NCBI GenBank assembly: GCA_943354835.1
Contig: CALRDH010000004.1
Location: forward strand, 10,851 to 74,850
From: a candidate division WWE3 bacterium
GTDB taxonomy: Bacteria > Patescibacteriota > WWE3 > 2-01-FULL-39-13
Direction of reading: 5' to 3'
DNA length: 64,000 nt
In this document: piece after piece, positions 40,522 to 49,981 of the stretch
Position numbering within the stretch: position 1 is the stretch's first letter
Layout: each line of letters begins with the position of its first letter
The notes under the pieces: model-generated
Database searches by the model: none
Seen by the model: the letters and a program-made list of their open reading frames with translations, nothing else
Told to the model about the DNA's origin: nothing
Program-made: the position numbers and the translations under genes

Positions 40522-40591
40522 AAATTAATTCACCCCATCCACAAATAAACAAATTACAATGTATAGAAGATACCAAACATATTAAAAAGAC

Positions 40592-41188
40592 TCAATTTTG
40601 CTTTTTAAGAAAAATCGTAACTTTTGCAGGATCAACTTTTAAACTATGAAAATCTTTTAAATATTCCGAAATTAATTTTGGTTGAAGCACAGAAAATGCG
40701 CTCTTTACTAATGAATTCTTAAACCCAGCTAAATAACCTTCGTCATTCATATCAATATCAATTATTTCTAAGCGAGTTCCATTTTCTATAGTTTTAAAAC
40801 TAACTTTTGCCTTGGTATTATTCACCGAAATATCAGCATCAATTTGATCTTGAAGTAAACGAACTTGAAGATCATCAAGCGTAAATTGTTCATACTTCTG
40901 ACCTTTTGCATATTTCGAAAGCATCAAATTCAAATCCTTTTCGGAAACTTCGATTTTAGTAAGATCAAGAGATTCACTTGGAGTCACGACCAACGCTTTG
41001 GGTGTTTCCTCTGTTGCTTTTATCGGATTATATTTATTTGTAAAACTTGAAAAAGTCTCCTTAACATCATCAAAACTCGTTGGAACCTGAAATCCCCAGA
41101 TATTCGTATACGCATATACATTTGAATGAAAAGAAAAACCAGTTATCAAAATTAAAGGAAGAATTACTTTTAGGTATTTCACAAACAA
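40592..41188 (-). CDS. Secreted hypothetical protein
   Basis: 198 aa with a signal peptide. Confidence 0.4.
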   Translation of the reverse strand: MFVKYLKVILPLILITGFSFHSNVYAYTNIWGFQVPTSFDDVKETFSSFTNKYNPIKATEETPKALVVTPSESLDLTKIEVSEKDLNLMLSKYAKGQKYEQFTLDDLQVRLLQDQIDADISVNNTKAKVSFKTIENGTRLEIIDIDMNDEGYLAGFKNSLVKSAFSVLQPKLISEYLKDFHSLKVDPAKVTIFLKKQN

Positions 41189-41208
41189 AGAATAGCATGC
41201 ACAAATTT

Positions 41209-43026
41209 TTATTGTTTTCTTTTATTTGCCTTGGCTCTTTGTACAGGATCCAATATCTTTTTTCGCATTCTAATATTTTTTGGAGTAATTTCTAAAAGTT
41301 CGTCGTCTTCGATAAAACCAAAACATTGTTCTAGGTTCATTTTAATAACAGCATTTAAAACAATTGGATCTTCACCTTTTGATCTCATGTTTGTTAAATG
41401 TTTTGTTTTACAAACATTAACTTCAATATCGTCATCTCTGCTATTTGCTCCAATTATCATTCCTGCATAAACATCTGTTTGAGGGATTATAAAAACTTCA
41501 CCTTTTGAGTGTGCAGCTTGTAATCCATACGCGACGGCTTTTCCTGTTTCAAATGCAATAACAACACCTTTTCTTATATTTCTGCTATCTGTACTTGCTC
41601 TGTCATATCTTAAAAAGTTTGAATTAGCACTTGCTGTACCTTTTGAAAGTGTTAACAAAGTACTTCTTAATCCAAGCGCGTTTCTTGTGGAAATCTCAAA
41701 AAGCAAACGAGTAACACCTGTGATTGGTTCCTCTTGAGACAGAAGAACTGCTTTTCTTTTTCCCATTTCGCCATTTATTGCTCCAACATATTCAGTTGAA
41801 ACATCAATCATAACCTCTTCATATGGTTCCATTTCGACTCCGTCTATTATCTTTTTAATAACTTTTGGTTTTCCGACTTCAAGTTCAAAACCTTCACGAC
41901 TTAATGTTTCTAAAAATACACAAAGATGAAGTTCTCCACGTCCTGAAATAATATATTGTCCATTTTCGGAAATATGAAATCTCATAGCAACATTTGTTTG
42001 AAGTTCATCTTCAATTCTTTCAAGAATTTGCCTGCTTGTTAAAAGTGATCCTTCTTTTCCCATAAATGGAGAGGTGTTTGGACCTATTGAAATACTTAGT
42101 GTTGGCTCCCCTATTTTTGTGGCTTCTAATTTTTCTTGATTATCAAAATCCGAAACAGTATCGCCAATATCAGATTCCTTAATTCCTGTAAGTGCAATAA
42201 CGTCACCAGAAAAGGCTTCCATAACTTCGACTCTTTTTAATCCCGAATTTACAAAAATTTTATCTACGATTTGAGAAACGACAGTTCCATCGGTCTTCAT
42301 CAAAGCTACTTTTTGACCTTGTGAAATTTTTCCGCGTTTAATACGGCCAATTGCGTACTTACCTTTATATGTATCCCAATCAAGTGAAGAAATAAGCATC
42401 TGGAAAGGTGCTTCATTATCGATTTTTGGTTCTGGAATGTATTTTAAAATTGCTTCGAATATTGGTTCTAAATTGGAAGGCGATTCAACCAATTCTGGAA
42501 GTTCATTCCAGGCTTTTCCATCACGTCCAATTGCATATAGAACTGGAAAATCTAATTGTGCATCATTTATAGCAAGTTCCAAGAACAAATCATCAACCTT
42601 TTTTAAAACAACTTCTGGACGTGCGTCTTTCTTATCAATTTTATTTATTAAGACAATTATTTTTAAACCAAGCTCGAGTGCTTTTCGCAAAACAAACTTT
42701 GTTTGAGGCATTGGTCCTTCTTGTGCGTCGACTAACAAAATCGCACCATCAGCCATATTTAAAGTTCTTTCGACCTCTCCGCTAAAATCGGCGTGTCCTG
42801 GAGTATCAACGATATTAATTTTGATACCTTTATATTCAATAGATGCGTTTTTCGCGAAAATTGTGATTCCTCTTTCGCGCTCTTGATCATTTGAATCAAG
42901 GATCAAATCCTGATTCATATATGCTTCGTTTTCGCGAAAAACATGAGACTGCTTTAAAAGTCCATCAACCAAAGTAGTCTTACCATGGTCAACATGGGCT
43001 ATAATTGCAACATTTCGTAGTTCCAT
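41209..43026 (-). CDS. typA: Translational GTPase TypA/BipA
   Basis: AIIAHVDHGKTTLVD, DTPGHADF and NKID G-motifs. 605 aa. Confidence 0.9.
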   Translation of the reverse strand: MELRNVAIIAHVDHGKTTLVDGLLKQSHVFRENEAYMNQDLILDSNDQERERGITIFAKNASIEYKGIKINIVDTPGHADFSGEVERTLNMADGAILLVDAQEGPMPQTKFVLRKALELGLKIIVLINKIDKKDARPEVVLKKVDDLFLELAINDAQLDFPVLYAIGRDGKAWNELPELVESPSNLEPIFEAILKYIPEPKIDNEAPFQMLISSLDWDTYKGKYAIGRIKRGKISQGQKVALMKTDGTVVSQIVDKIFVNSGLKRVEVMEAFSGDVIALTGIKESDIGDTVSDFDNQEKLEATKIGEPTLSISIGPNTSPFMGKEGSLLTSRQILERIEDELQTNVAMRFHISENGQYIISGRGELHLCVFLETLSREGFELEVGKPKVIKKIIDGVEMEPYEEVMIDVSTEYVGAINGEMGKRKAVLLSQEEPITGVTRLLFEISTRNALGLRSTLLTLSKGTASANSNFLRYDRASTDSRNIRKGVVIAFETGKAVAYGLQAAHSKGEVFIIPQTDVYAGMIIGANSRDDDIEVNVCKTKHLTNMRSKGEDPIVLNAVIKMNLEQCFGFIEDDELLEITPKNIRMRKKILDPVQRAKANKRKQ

Positions 43027-43083
43027 AAAAGGAAGATTATACAGGTGAGAAAGAAATTAGGCAAAAGGCAGACTAGAATTAGT

Positions 43084-43455
43084 TTAGTGTGCTTGCTTAC
43101 CCAATACATCAATACCGGATTCAGCAATTACACGCAAAGAGACAACCCATGGACGATCCTCCTGTGCAATATCAAACGGCATAGCTTCATCCTGTAGACC
43201 AGGAGTATGGACAACATACAATTTCCCATTTAAATAAAACGCCCTCCACGGAGCTCCTCCCTCATCCGGTAAACAAATTACCGCTTCACATTGATGCAAA
43301 TCAAGACTAATTCGTTCGTTACAGTCCAAAGAAAACAAATCAGGAGGAATTAAGTACTCCCAGCTACCATCGGCGAAAAGATGAACAGGCTGAGTTGCAG
43401 AATCCAAAACTGGCAAATCATCCAAGCTCATGACTCCTGGTGGACATTCAGACAT
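43084..43455 (-). CDS. Hypothetical ORF with strongly atypical composition (about 45-50% GC)
   Basis: GC counted by hand over the first 120 nt is 40-50%, against roughly 30% for the surrounding sequence. 123 aa with no motif. Flanked by a palindrome-rich divergent region. Confidence 0.3.
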   Translation of the reverse strand: MSECPPGVMSLDDLPVLDSATQPVHLFADGSWEYLIPPDLFSLDCNERISLDLHQCEAVICLPDEGGAPWRAFYLNGKLYVVHTPGLQDEAMPFDIAQEDRPWVVSLRVIAESGIDVLGKQAH

Positions 43456-43516
43456 ATTGGATCCATTCTACAATATAACTTTCTGGCATACCAATTTTAA
43501 TGATCGCACATCGAAG

Positions 43517-43542
43517 GTACACTCAGTGGCCACTGAGTGTGC
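43517..43542. promoter_or_regulatory. 26-bp near-perfect palindrome GTACACTCAGTGGCCACTGAGTGTGC (candidate operator)
   Basis: Core ACACTCAGTGG/CCACTGAGTGT is an exact inverted repeat. A second AGTGGC-AAT-GCCACT palindrome lies at 43617-43634. Confidence 0.4.
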
Positions 43543-43719
43543 GAACAAAAAAAAAGGCAATAAAAAACTCCTTAAGCGCATTTAGACTTTATGTGTTAGA
43601 CTACCGCAAGAATTTAGAGTGGCAATGCCACTGAATATAGACTAAAAACCATAGGAATCTGAATGATTTAAACCGCAACTCCTCCGTTTTTACTCAATAT
43701 AAACTAAAATTTAATAATT

Positions 43720-44919
43720 ATGTTTAAAAAACCATACGGTAGATTTAATCGCAGTAATCCTGGCAGAAAGCCTTTTGGTGGTGGTTTTGGTGGTGGAAGA
43801 GGCAGAGGCGGTCCACGAAGTTTCAGCGATTATTCAAAATATATAAATAAAAACCCAGAAGAAATTAAAGAAGAAATTTTTATTCCAACAGTCAAAATCA
43901 CAGAACTTAATATTATTGAAAAGTTAAAAACCAACATTCTTCAAAAAGGATACAAAGATTTAACGCCAATTCAAGATAAAACAATTCCTCTTATTCTAGA
44001 AGGAAAAGATATTATAGGTGTAGCAAATACAGGAACTGGTAAAACCGGCGCATTCTTAATTCCAATGATTAACAAAACTTATTCAGATATTAAAGAAAAG
44101 GTTTTAATAATTGCTCCAACACGGGAATTAGCTCAACAAATAAACACAGAATTTAGAAGTTTTTCGGAAGGCTTAAATTTATTTTCAACTTTATGCATTG
44201 GCGGAACTAGTATGTTTGCACAAAGAAAAGATTTAAATAGGGTTCACAACTTTTTAATTTGTACACCTGGAAGAGTTAAAGATTTAGCACAAAGAGGTTG
44301 GGTTGATTTATCCACCTACAACAACATAGTAATTGATGAAGTCGACCGTATGTTTGATATGGGATTTCAAAAAGATATTAATTTTATTCTTGGACTTTTG
44401 CCAAAAACTAGACAGGCGCTTTTTTTCTCGGCAACTGTTTCAAACGACATAGAAGTCTTAATCAATAAATACTTAGTAAACCCAATCAAAATATCCATAA
44501 ACGAGAAAAAAAGCGCCACGCATATTATGCAAGACATTATTCGCACAAGCTCACCTTCTGAAAAGATTTCTGTACTTCACGATATGCTTATTAAACCAGA
44601 ATTTGCAAAAGTAATTATCTTCATAAAAACAAAATGGAATTTGAACGAAATCGAAAAAGAACTTAAAGATCGAGGATTTTTAGTCACTTCAATTCACGGA
44701 AACAAAACACAAGTTGCACGTCAAAAGTCTTTATCACACTTCAAAGAAAATCGAACAAAAATTCTTTTAGCAACTGACGTTGCAGCACGTGGACTTGATA
44801 TCGACAATGTTACTCACGTAATTAACTACGATAAACCAGCAACATACGATGATTATGTTCACCGTATTGGTCGTACAGGTCGAGGAAACAATAAAGGAAT
44901 CGCACTAACCTTCGTTTAA
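43720..44919 (+). CDS. DEAD-box ATP-dependent RNA helicase with N-terminal Gly/Arg-rich (RGG-like) tail
   Basis: Motifs PTRELAQQ, DEVD(RM), SAT and HRIGRTGR. N-terminus GGGFGGGRGRGGPRSF. Confidence 0.9.
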   Translation: MFKKPYGRFNRSNPGRKPFGGGFGGGRGRGGPRSFSDYSKYINKNPEEIKEEIFIPTVKITELNIIEKLKTNILQKGYKDLTPIQDKTIPLILEGKDIIGVANTGTGKTGAFLIPMINKTYSDIKEKVLIIAPTRELAQQINTEFRSFSEGLNLFSTLCIGGTSMFAQRKDLNRVHNFLICTPGRVKDLAQRGWVDLSTYNNIVIDEVDRMFDMGFQKDINFILGLLPKTRQALFFSATVSNDIEVLINKYLVNPIKISINEKKSATHIMQDIIRTSSPSEKISVLHDMLIKPEFAKVIIFIKTKWNLNEIEKELKDRGFLVTSIHGNKTQVARQKSLSHFKENRTKILLATDVAARGLDIDNVTHVINYDKPATYDDYVHRIGRTGRGNNKGIALTFV

Positions 44920-44921
44920 AA

Positions 44922-45164
44922 TTACTCAAAAAGTTTTTTCTTCTCTTTGCGATTTAAAGATTTCAAATAATATTCATACTTCAATGCTTCAGAAAGAGTT
45001 TCAAAACTTTTGGAATATTTAAGAACAACAGGACGCCTTCCCTTTGTATACTTTGCACCTAATTTAGAAGAATTATGCTCGGCAACTCTTCTTTCAATGT
45101 CCGTCGTATACCCAGCATAAAAAGTCTTATCGGAACATTCCAAAAGATAAACAATATAGGCCAT
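44922..45164 (-). CDS. GIY-YIG nuclease-superfamily small protein (UPF0213-like)
   Basis: YIVYLLEC...FYAGYTTDIERRVAEHN. Confidence 0.65.
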   Translation of the reverse strand: MAYIVYLLECSDKTFYAGYTTDIERRVAEHNSSKLGAKYTKGRRPVVLKYSKSFETLSEALKYEYYLKSLNRKEKKKLFE

Positions 45165-45617
45165 TTATCTTGTTATTGATATTGTTTCTGAATTTTCTGC
45201 ATCAGGAGCACTTACCGTAATTCGATTATTTGAAGCGCTTTTTATGATATTGTATCCGGTATCATAATCAGTACAGTCCGTGAATGCTCCGGTTGTTGGA
45301 TCATATGGCATTGAAGCAATATAATCTGAAACTATATCGGCGCAAATGTCGGCATCACCCACTCCACTTCCAATATTTTTTGCAGTAGCTGCAATACCTG
45401 TAGGAAGTGATCCTCTGTTATCTGCCGCATATTGTGTGACTGCATTTAGAATTGCATTTACATCACTTCTTCTTTGAGTATTGTTTGCTTGTGAGGATTG
45501 CCTTGATGGATTAATTGCGACTAAAACAATAGAAAGTAAAATGGCTAAAATTCCTATTACAACTACAAGCTCAACTAACTTAAAACCAGCGGTAAAATTT
45601 GTACTTCTCTTTGGCAT
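45165..45617 (-). CDS. Type IV pilin/pseudopilin with class III signal peptide
   Basis: AGFKLVELVVVIGILAILLSIV has the prepilin G/F cleavage and Glu5 pattern. Confidence 0.7.
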   Translation of the reverse strand: MPKRSTNFTAGFKLVELVVVIGILAILLSIVLVAINPSRQSSQANNTQRRSDVNAILNAVTQYAADNRGSLPTGIAATAKNIGSGVGDADICADIVSDYIASMPYDPTTGAFTDCTDYDTGYNIIKSASNNRITVSAPDAENSETISITR

Positions 45618-45691
45618 TACATTTAATATCTTCCAAAATCAAGTTCGCGTCAATAGATGCCCAATTTCTTTTAATGTGCAATAATTGTGTC

Positions 45692-46606
45692 ATGTTAAAT
45701 ATAGATACAAACAACACCAATTCCGTACAAAGTTTTATTAGAACGTTAGCCTGGATAGTTTCAATGTTATTTTTTGGTTTGATTTTAATTTTGCCACTTG
45801 TATCGGTTTCAACAAATTTATTTGAAACAGGCGCAATTCTTGGAGTTCCTTCGCTTTTACTTTCTGTATGGATTTCTGGAATTATTTCAAAGATGTTTTT
45901 CATTTTGCCTGAATGGGAAAAGATGGTTATTTTAAGATTAGGTAAATTTGACGGTGTAAGAGGAGCTGGATTTTTTATAATTCCCCCATTTATTTATTCT
46001 GTAGCATCAATTGTTGATACAAGACTTGAAACAAATCAGGTTGAAGCAACTGCAACTTTAACAAAAGATAATGTTCCAACAAAAGTTACAGCAGCAATTG
46101 AATACAGAGTTGAAGACCCACGAAAAGCAGTTATTGATGTTCAAAATTATAGGAATTCAGTTACATGGCTTTCGACAGAAGCTTTAAAAAATACAATTGG
46201 AAGTCTTGATTTAAAAGAGCTTTTAAGTGAAAGAGACCAGATTTCTGCATCATTAAAAGTTCAGATCGATGAAAATGCTGCAATTTATGGAATTGATGTT
46301 AAGGCCGTTCGAATTACAGATATTGATACGCCACAATCTTTGGTTGAAGAGCTTGCAGTTATTGCAAGAGCAAGACGAACTGCAGAAGCAAAAATGATTC
46401 AAGCAAATGCTGAAGTTAGCGTTGCAAATAAAACAAAAGAAGCTGCAGAAATACTAAGTACAGCAGATGGCGCTATGAGACTTCGCGAACTTCAAGTATT
46501 AAGTGAAGTCAGTAAAGAACAAGGATCAATGATAATCGTATATCCATATGGCGACAGATCAGGTCAAGAAATTGCTCACTCGATTGCAGGGCAGAAGAAG
46601 TCGTAA
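45692..46606 (+). CDS. SPFH/band-7 (stomatin/prohibitin-like) domain membrane protein
   Basis: EKMVILRLGKFDGVRGAGFFIIPPFIYSVASIVDTRLE. The start is placed at MLNID, which avoids the overlap with the pilin gene. Confidence 0.7.
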   Translation: MLNIDTNNTNSVQSFIRTLAWIVSMLFFGLILILPLVSVSTNLFETGAILGVPSLLLSVWISGIISKMFFILPEWEKMVILRLGKFDGVRGAGFFIIPPFIYSVASIVDTRLETNQVEATATLTKDNVPTKVTAAIEYRVEDPRKAVIDVQNYRNSVTWLSTEALKNTIGSLDLKELLSERDQISASLKVQIDENAAIYGIDVKAVRITDIDTPQSLVEELAVIARARRTAEAKMIQANAEVSVANKTKEAAEILSTADGAMRLRELQVLSEVSKEQGSMIIVYPYGDRSGQEIAHSIAGQKKS

Positions 46607-46801
46607 GTGAGACTATTTCGTAGATAGCCCACTATCGAACCACAAGAATGTGAGTATACTTGCGATGATTATAAGAAGGCCTAATATAAAAAACTGCTTT
46701 TTTTGCAAAATCCTAATCGTAAAATAGCCCAACAAAAGTAACGCAGGTACCATTAATATATAAAAAATCGGTGAAAACATAACTTATACTTTACTATAGA
46801 T

Positions 46802-47551
46802 TTAGGCTGGTGAATATTCTTCAAAATCTTTTATTAATTGTTTGATGTCTTTATCTGGATTTTCTAAATATTTTTTCCATGTAGGTAAACCTTTTGCTTT
46901 TATTTTTTCTAAGAAATCATGTCCAACAAATGGTGGATATTTTTCTTTGTTCAAACGGAACCTTAGTTCTTCATCTGTAATTAGTTCAATTATTGCGTGG
47001 CTTCCGTCACCGCGATCAAAATACGAATGCAACATTTCATGCCAAATATAAACAGTGTTGTAATTCGGCCAATCAGTTCGATACGACCAAAGAATTTTGT
47101 TATCTCCTAAATACCTACCGGCTTTAAGCGCTGGATGAACAAGAAAAGCTGTAAAATCACCATCTAAATTTATTCCAAGACTTTTAATATATTCAGAGCA
47201 AAAACCGTAATTTCTGTTCCATTCGTCCTCGATTTTTAAAACAGCATCTTCTGTGGATTTAGAAATAATCCCAAATTCTTTTGATCTAATTAGTTCATCA
47301 AAATATTCATCTAATTTCGTACCAATATCTTGATATGGCAAATTACTTGTTAATGCAAAATCTCCAATAAGTTCTCGACCATCAATTAGCTTATATAAAT
47401 CTTTTGATAAATCCCAAGCTAAATTTTGGAAGTCAGCAACTTCGCCTCTAGCACTGTCTGAAGCATTATCAACAAACCTGTGTCTTTCACAATTCGCAAT
47501 AGCATATGAAGCCAAAAATTTCTGGTCGACTTTAAAATTAAGAGTAAACAT
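46802..47551 (-). CDS. Hypothetical protein with HExxH (HEMLH) motif
   Basis: 249 aa. Confidence 0.35.
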   Translation of the reverse strand: MFTLNFKVDQKFLASYAIANCERHRFVDNASDSARGEVADFQNLAWDLSKDLYKLIDGRELIGDFALTSNLPYQDIGTKLDEYFDELIRSKEFGIISKSTEDAVLKIEDEWNRNYGFCSEYIKSLGINLDGDFTAFLVHPALKAGRYLGDNKILWSYRTDWPNYNTVYIWHEMLHSYFDRGDGSHAIIELITDEELRFRLNKEKYPPFVGHDFLEKIKAKGLPTWKKYLENPDKDIKQLIKDFEEYSPA

Positions 47552-47586
47552 GATGTGAGTATATTACAACAGTGCTGTTTATTAAA

Positions 47587-47970
47587 TTATTTATCAGTAT
47601 ATTTCTTATAAACTTTTTCAAGTTTTTTATCGAAAGTTTTTAAATCAAGATTTTTATGGATAGCCTCAGCAGCAATCAATGAATCATAAAAGCTAATTAA
47701 TTCACTACTATATATTTCCAAAGCATAGTTCATAAATATTTCTGTTTTGATATTTTTATTAAGCAATAAATTAATTATGGCATCTATTGCATCAGACTTA
47801 GCAACTTTATAATGATGATTTTCCAAGACATGAATCGTTTCTGCTAACACAATACTCGAAATATAGATATCAACCCTATCATCAGAAATTATTTTTTCTA
47901 CTTCATTAAATTGAGATTCAACATCATGTGTTAGGAACCGAAGAAGATAATTTGTATCAATGGAGATCAT
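47587..47970 (-). CDS. vapC: PIN-domain toxin VapC
   Basis: N-terminal ISIDTN with Asp5. 127 aa. Overlaps the upstream antitoxin gene by 4 bp. Confidence 0.7.
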   Translation of the reverse strand: MISIDTNYLLRFLTHDVESQFNEVEKIISDDRVDIYISSIVLAETIHVLENHHYKVAKSDAIDAIINLLLNKNIKTEIFMNYALEIYSSELISFYDSLIAAEAIHKNLDLKTFDKKLEKVYKKYTDK

Positions 47971-48215
47971 GACTGATCAAACATAACTCCTTTTGCTCTA
48001 AAGTCCCTGAGCTCTTTAATAGACATTGGCTTCTGTCCCGGTCTTTTTAAACATCCAGCAAGTTGCTTAATACTTAAAACTGGTCTAATTTTCAAAAAAC
48101 CATCACCTTCAGAAACAACCACTCTTGAATTTGACGGCATTTTATATTTTTTCCTGAAGGAAACTGGTATCGTGACCTGTCCCTTTTGAGTTACGGTAGT
48201 AGTTAATTGATTCAT
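47967..48215 (-). CDS. vapB: AbrB/SpoVT/MazE-type antitoxin VapB
   Basis: TVTQKGQVTIPVSFRKKY swapped-hairpin motif. Start set at MNQLTT. Confidence 0.6.
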   Translation of the reverse strand: MNQLTTTVTQKGQVTIPVSFRKKYKMPSNSRVVVSEGDGFLKIRPVLSIKQLAGCLKRPGQKPMSIKELRDFRAKGVMFDQS

Positions 48216-48258
48216 AATCAATACTAAATGTACTATGTAGTACAATACGCGTCAAGTA

Positions 48259-48627
48259 TTACATTGCTACAAATTTCATTGAAATCGAGTTCACACAGTG
48301 TCTTATGTTTTTTGGAGTAAGTCCTTCGCCTTCAAATAAATGTCCCAAATGTCCACCACATTTTGCGCAAGTAATTTCTGTTCGCATTCCATCTTTATCA
48401 AGAGTTCTTTTTACAGCTCCAGGAATTTCATCGTCAAAACTTGGCCAACCGCAATAAGACTCAAATTTATCTTTCGAATTATAAAGTGGAGAATCACATT
48501 GCCTACAAACATAAACTCCATTTGCCTTATTATTCACAAACTCGCCAGTAAACGGAGCCTCAGTCGACTTGTCTAAAATTACGCGACTTTCGTCAGGAGA
48601 TAACTTATTCATAAAAAAAGTATACAT
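48259..48627 (-). CDS. msrB: Peptide-methionine (R)-S-oxide reductase MsrB
   Basis: Zinc CxxC pairs ([21 protein letters not shown]) and catalytic RHCVNS. Confidence 0.85.
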   Translation of the reverse strand: MYTFFMNKLSPDESRVILDKSTEAPFTGEFVNNKANGVYVCRQCDSPLYNSKDKFESYCGWPSFDDEIPGAVKRTLDKDGMRTEITCAKCGGHLGHLFEGEGLTPKNIRHCVNSISMKFVAM

Positions 48628-49555
48628 GTATAATTTAATTGTGACCTTACAATTAGCAACTTTAGAGCAGGAAAATGAAAAAACATGGAAAGAGGAATCC
48701 CCAACAATTCAAGATATAGCACTAGATTTTATTGATGATGAATCCAGGCCAAATCCAGTTCTTGAACAAGTTAGTTATACCTATCCCAATATATATGCAA
48801 GACCCATCGAACAACTCAATAGATTTACAGAATCTGAAGCAGTCACAAAGGTAATTGCGTTTCTTAAATTTGTCGGTAAAACCGCAATGGACCATAACGA
48901 TAATTCAGTAGTTGAAAATGCCAATTTATTTTTAGAAAACCTTAGGTATATTGGAAAAAAGGAGCTTGATACTGCCGTTAATTATTTCGCAGAAAAAACA
49001 AATGAGGACATTTCGGCGGGACAAAAAGTAGGTTTCTATATCCCCCCTTCAGGCAGAAGTGAATTATACATAACTTATAGAATTCTCGAACAAATGAAAA
49101 GAAAATCATCAGGAGCTTATTTTACATTTAATCCAAATTCAATTACTCAAAACACAGATAAAGTTTGCATTGCAGATGATTTTGCAATATCCGGAACAAG
49201 AATTAGATCATTTTACACAAGCCTAGTAGAATCAAATCCTAACTATCATGGAAGTATTGAATGCATGTTGATTGCAGCACCAAAAACATTTGATTCGAAA
49301 AGTATAAGTTCAAGAGAAAGACCGACAGTAACAACTTTCTATGGAATTGATGAATATAGAAACTCTCAAGGTAAAGGTATTACCATTGGCGGAAAAATAA
49401 GTGTAACAGGAAGTCATTGTGCAACAGACTATGGATTTAAAACAAACATAGAAGAATTCCACGATTACCTTGAGAAAAAGGTGTCCGTTTCGAAAAGCCA
49501 ATACCAACTGATATCCGAAGAGCCTACGATAAAGATCGAGACGGAAAATTCATAA
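48626..49555 (+). CDS. Hypothetical protein with phosphoribosyltransferase-like PRPP-binding motif
   Basis: [14 protein letters not shown] resembles the type I PRTase motif. Start placed at ATG 48626; the track start at 48569 is a TTG. Its start codon overlaps the divergent msrB start (CATG). Confidence 0.3.
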   Translation: MYNLIVTLQLATLEQENEKTWKEESPTIQDIALDFIDDESRPNPVLEQVSYTYPNIYARPIEQLNRFTESEAVTKVIAFLKFVGKTAMDHNDNSVVENANLFLENLRYIGKKELDTAVNYFAEKTNEDISAGQKVGFYIPPSGRSELYITYRILEQMKRKSSGAYFTFNPNSITQNTDKVCIADDFAISGTRIRSFYTSLVESNPNYHGSIECMLIAAPKTFDSKSISSRERPTVTTFYGIDEYRNSQGKGITIGGKISVTGSHCATDYGFKTNIEEFHDYLEKKVSVSKSQYQLISEEPTIKIETENS

Positions 49556-49635
49556 ACCCAGAATTTCAAAAAACAGTCGAATACGTTTCGGACATGCGAA
49601 TCAGATAGAAATATTGGAATTCAACCGGTCACGTT

Positions 49636-49944
49636 TTATGAAGGCTTCACAATTCCACACAACCAACCCTCAAAGTTTGAATTAATTTTGTCTACATTCA
49701 GCTCACCTATAAAGTTGTCGTAAGTAATATGAGATTTTATTACGGGCTCAATTTCTTTATATTTTCCCTCAATCGTCTTAATAATCAAAACAACTTCGGC
49801 TTCTTCTGTAATTTCATTTTCATAATTATAGATACAAGTTATAGGAAAAATATTCACACAATTTGCCAATTTCTTTTCCAGTAAACCTCTACCAATCTTT
49901 CTCGCCTCCTCTACGTTGTTTAAAGTAGTATATATCAATTTCAT
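49636..49944 (-). CDS. cutA: Divalent-cation tolerance protein CutA
   Basis: KLIYTT...LANCVNIFPITCIY pattern. Start set at MKLIYTT; the upstream MYNCS comes from an ATG inside the -10 box. Confidence 0.65.
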   Translation of the reverse strand: MKLIYTTLNNVEEARKIGRGLLEKKLANCVNIFPITCIYNYENEITEEAEVVLIIKTIEGKYKEIEPVIKSHITYDNFIGELNVDKINSNFEGWLCGIVKPS

Positions 49945-49981
49945 AGAGCAATTATACATTATGTTAATATTAGATTATGAC
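49940..49981. promoter_or_regulatory. 42-bp bidirectional leaderless promoter module (copy A)
   Basis: TTTCATAGAGCAATTATACATTATGTTAATATTAGATTATGA. The minus side reads ATGTATAAT-N6-ATG and the plus side reads TGTTAATAT-N6-ATG. Confidence 0.5.

Noticed and set aside
43084-43455. Structured ncRNA (RNase P RNA, tmRNA, SRP RNA, 6S) explaining the GC-rich patch
   Set aside because: No P4-like GGAAAGTCCGG, no tmRNA tRNA-like ends and no SRP GGAA-loop motif on either strand. Kept as a low-confidence CDS.
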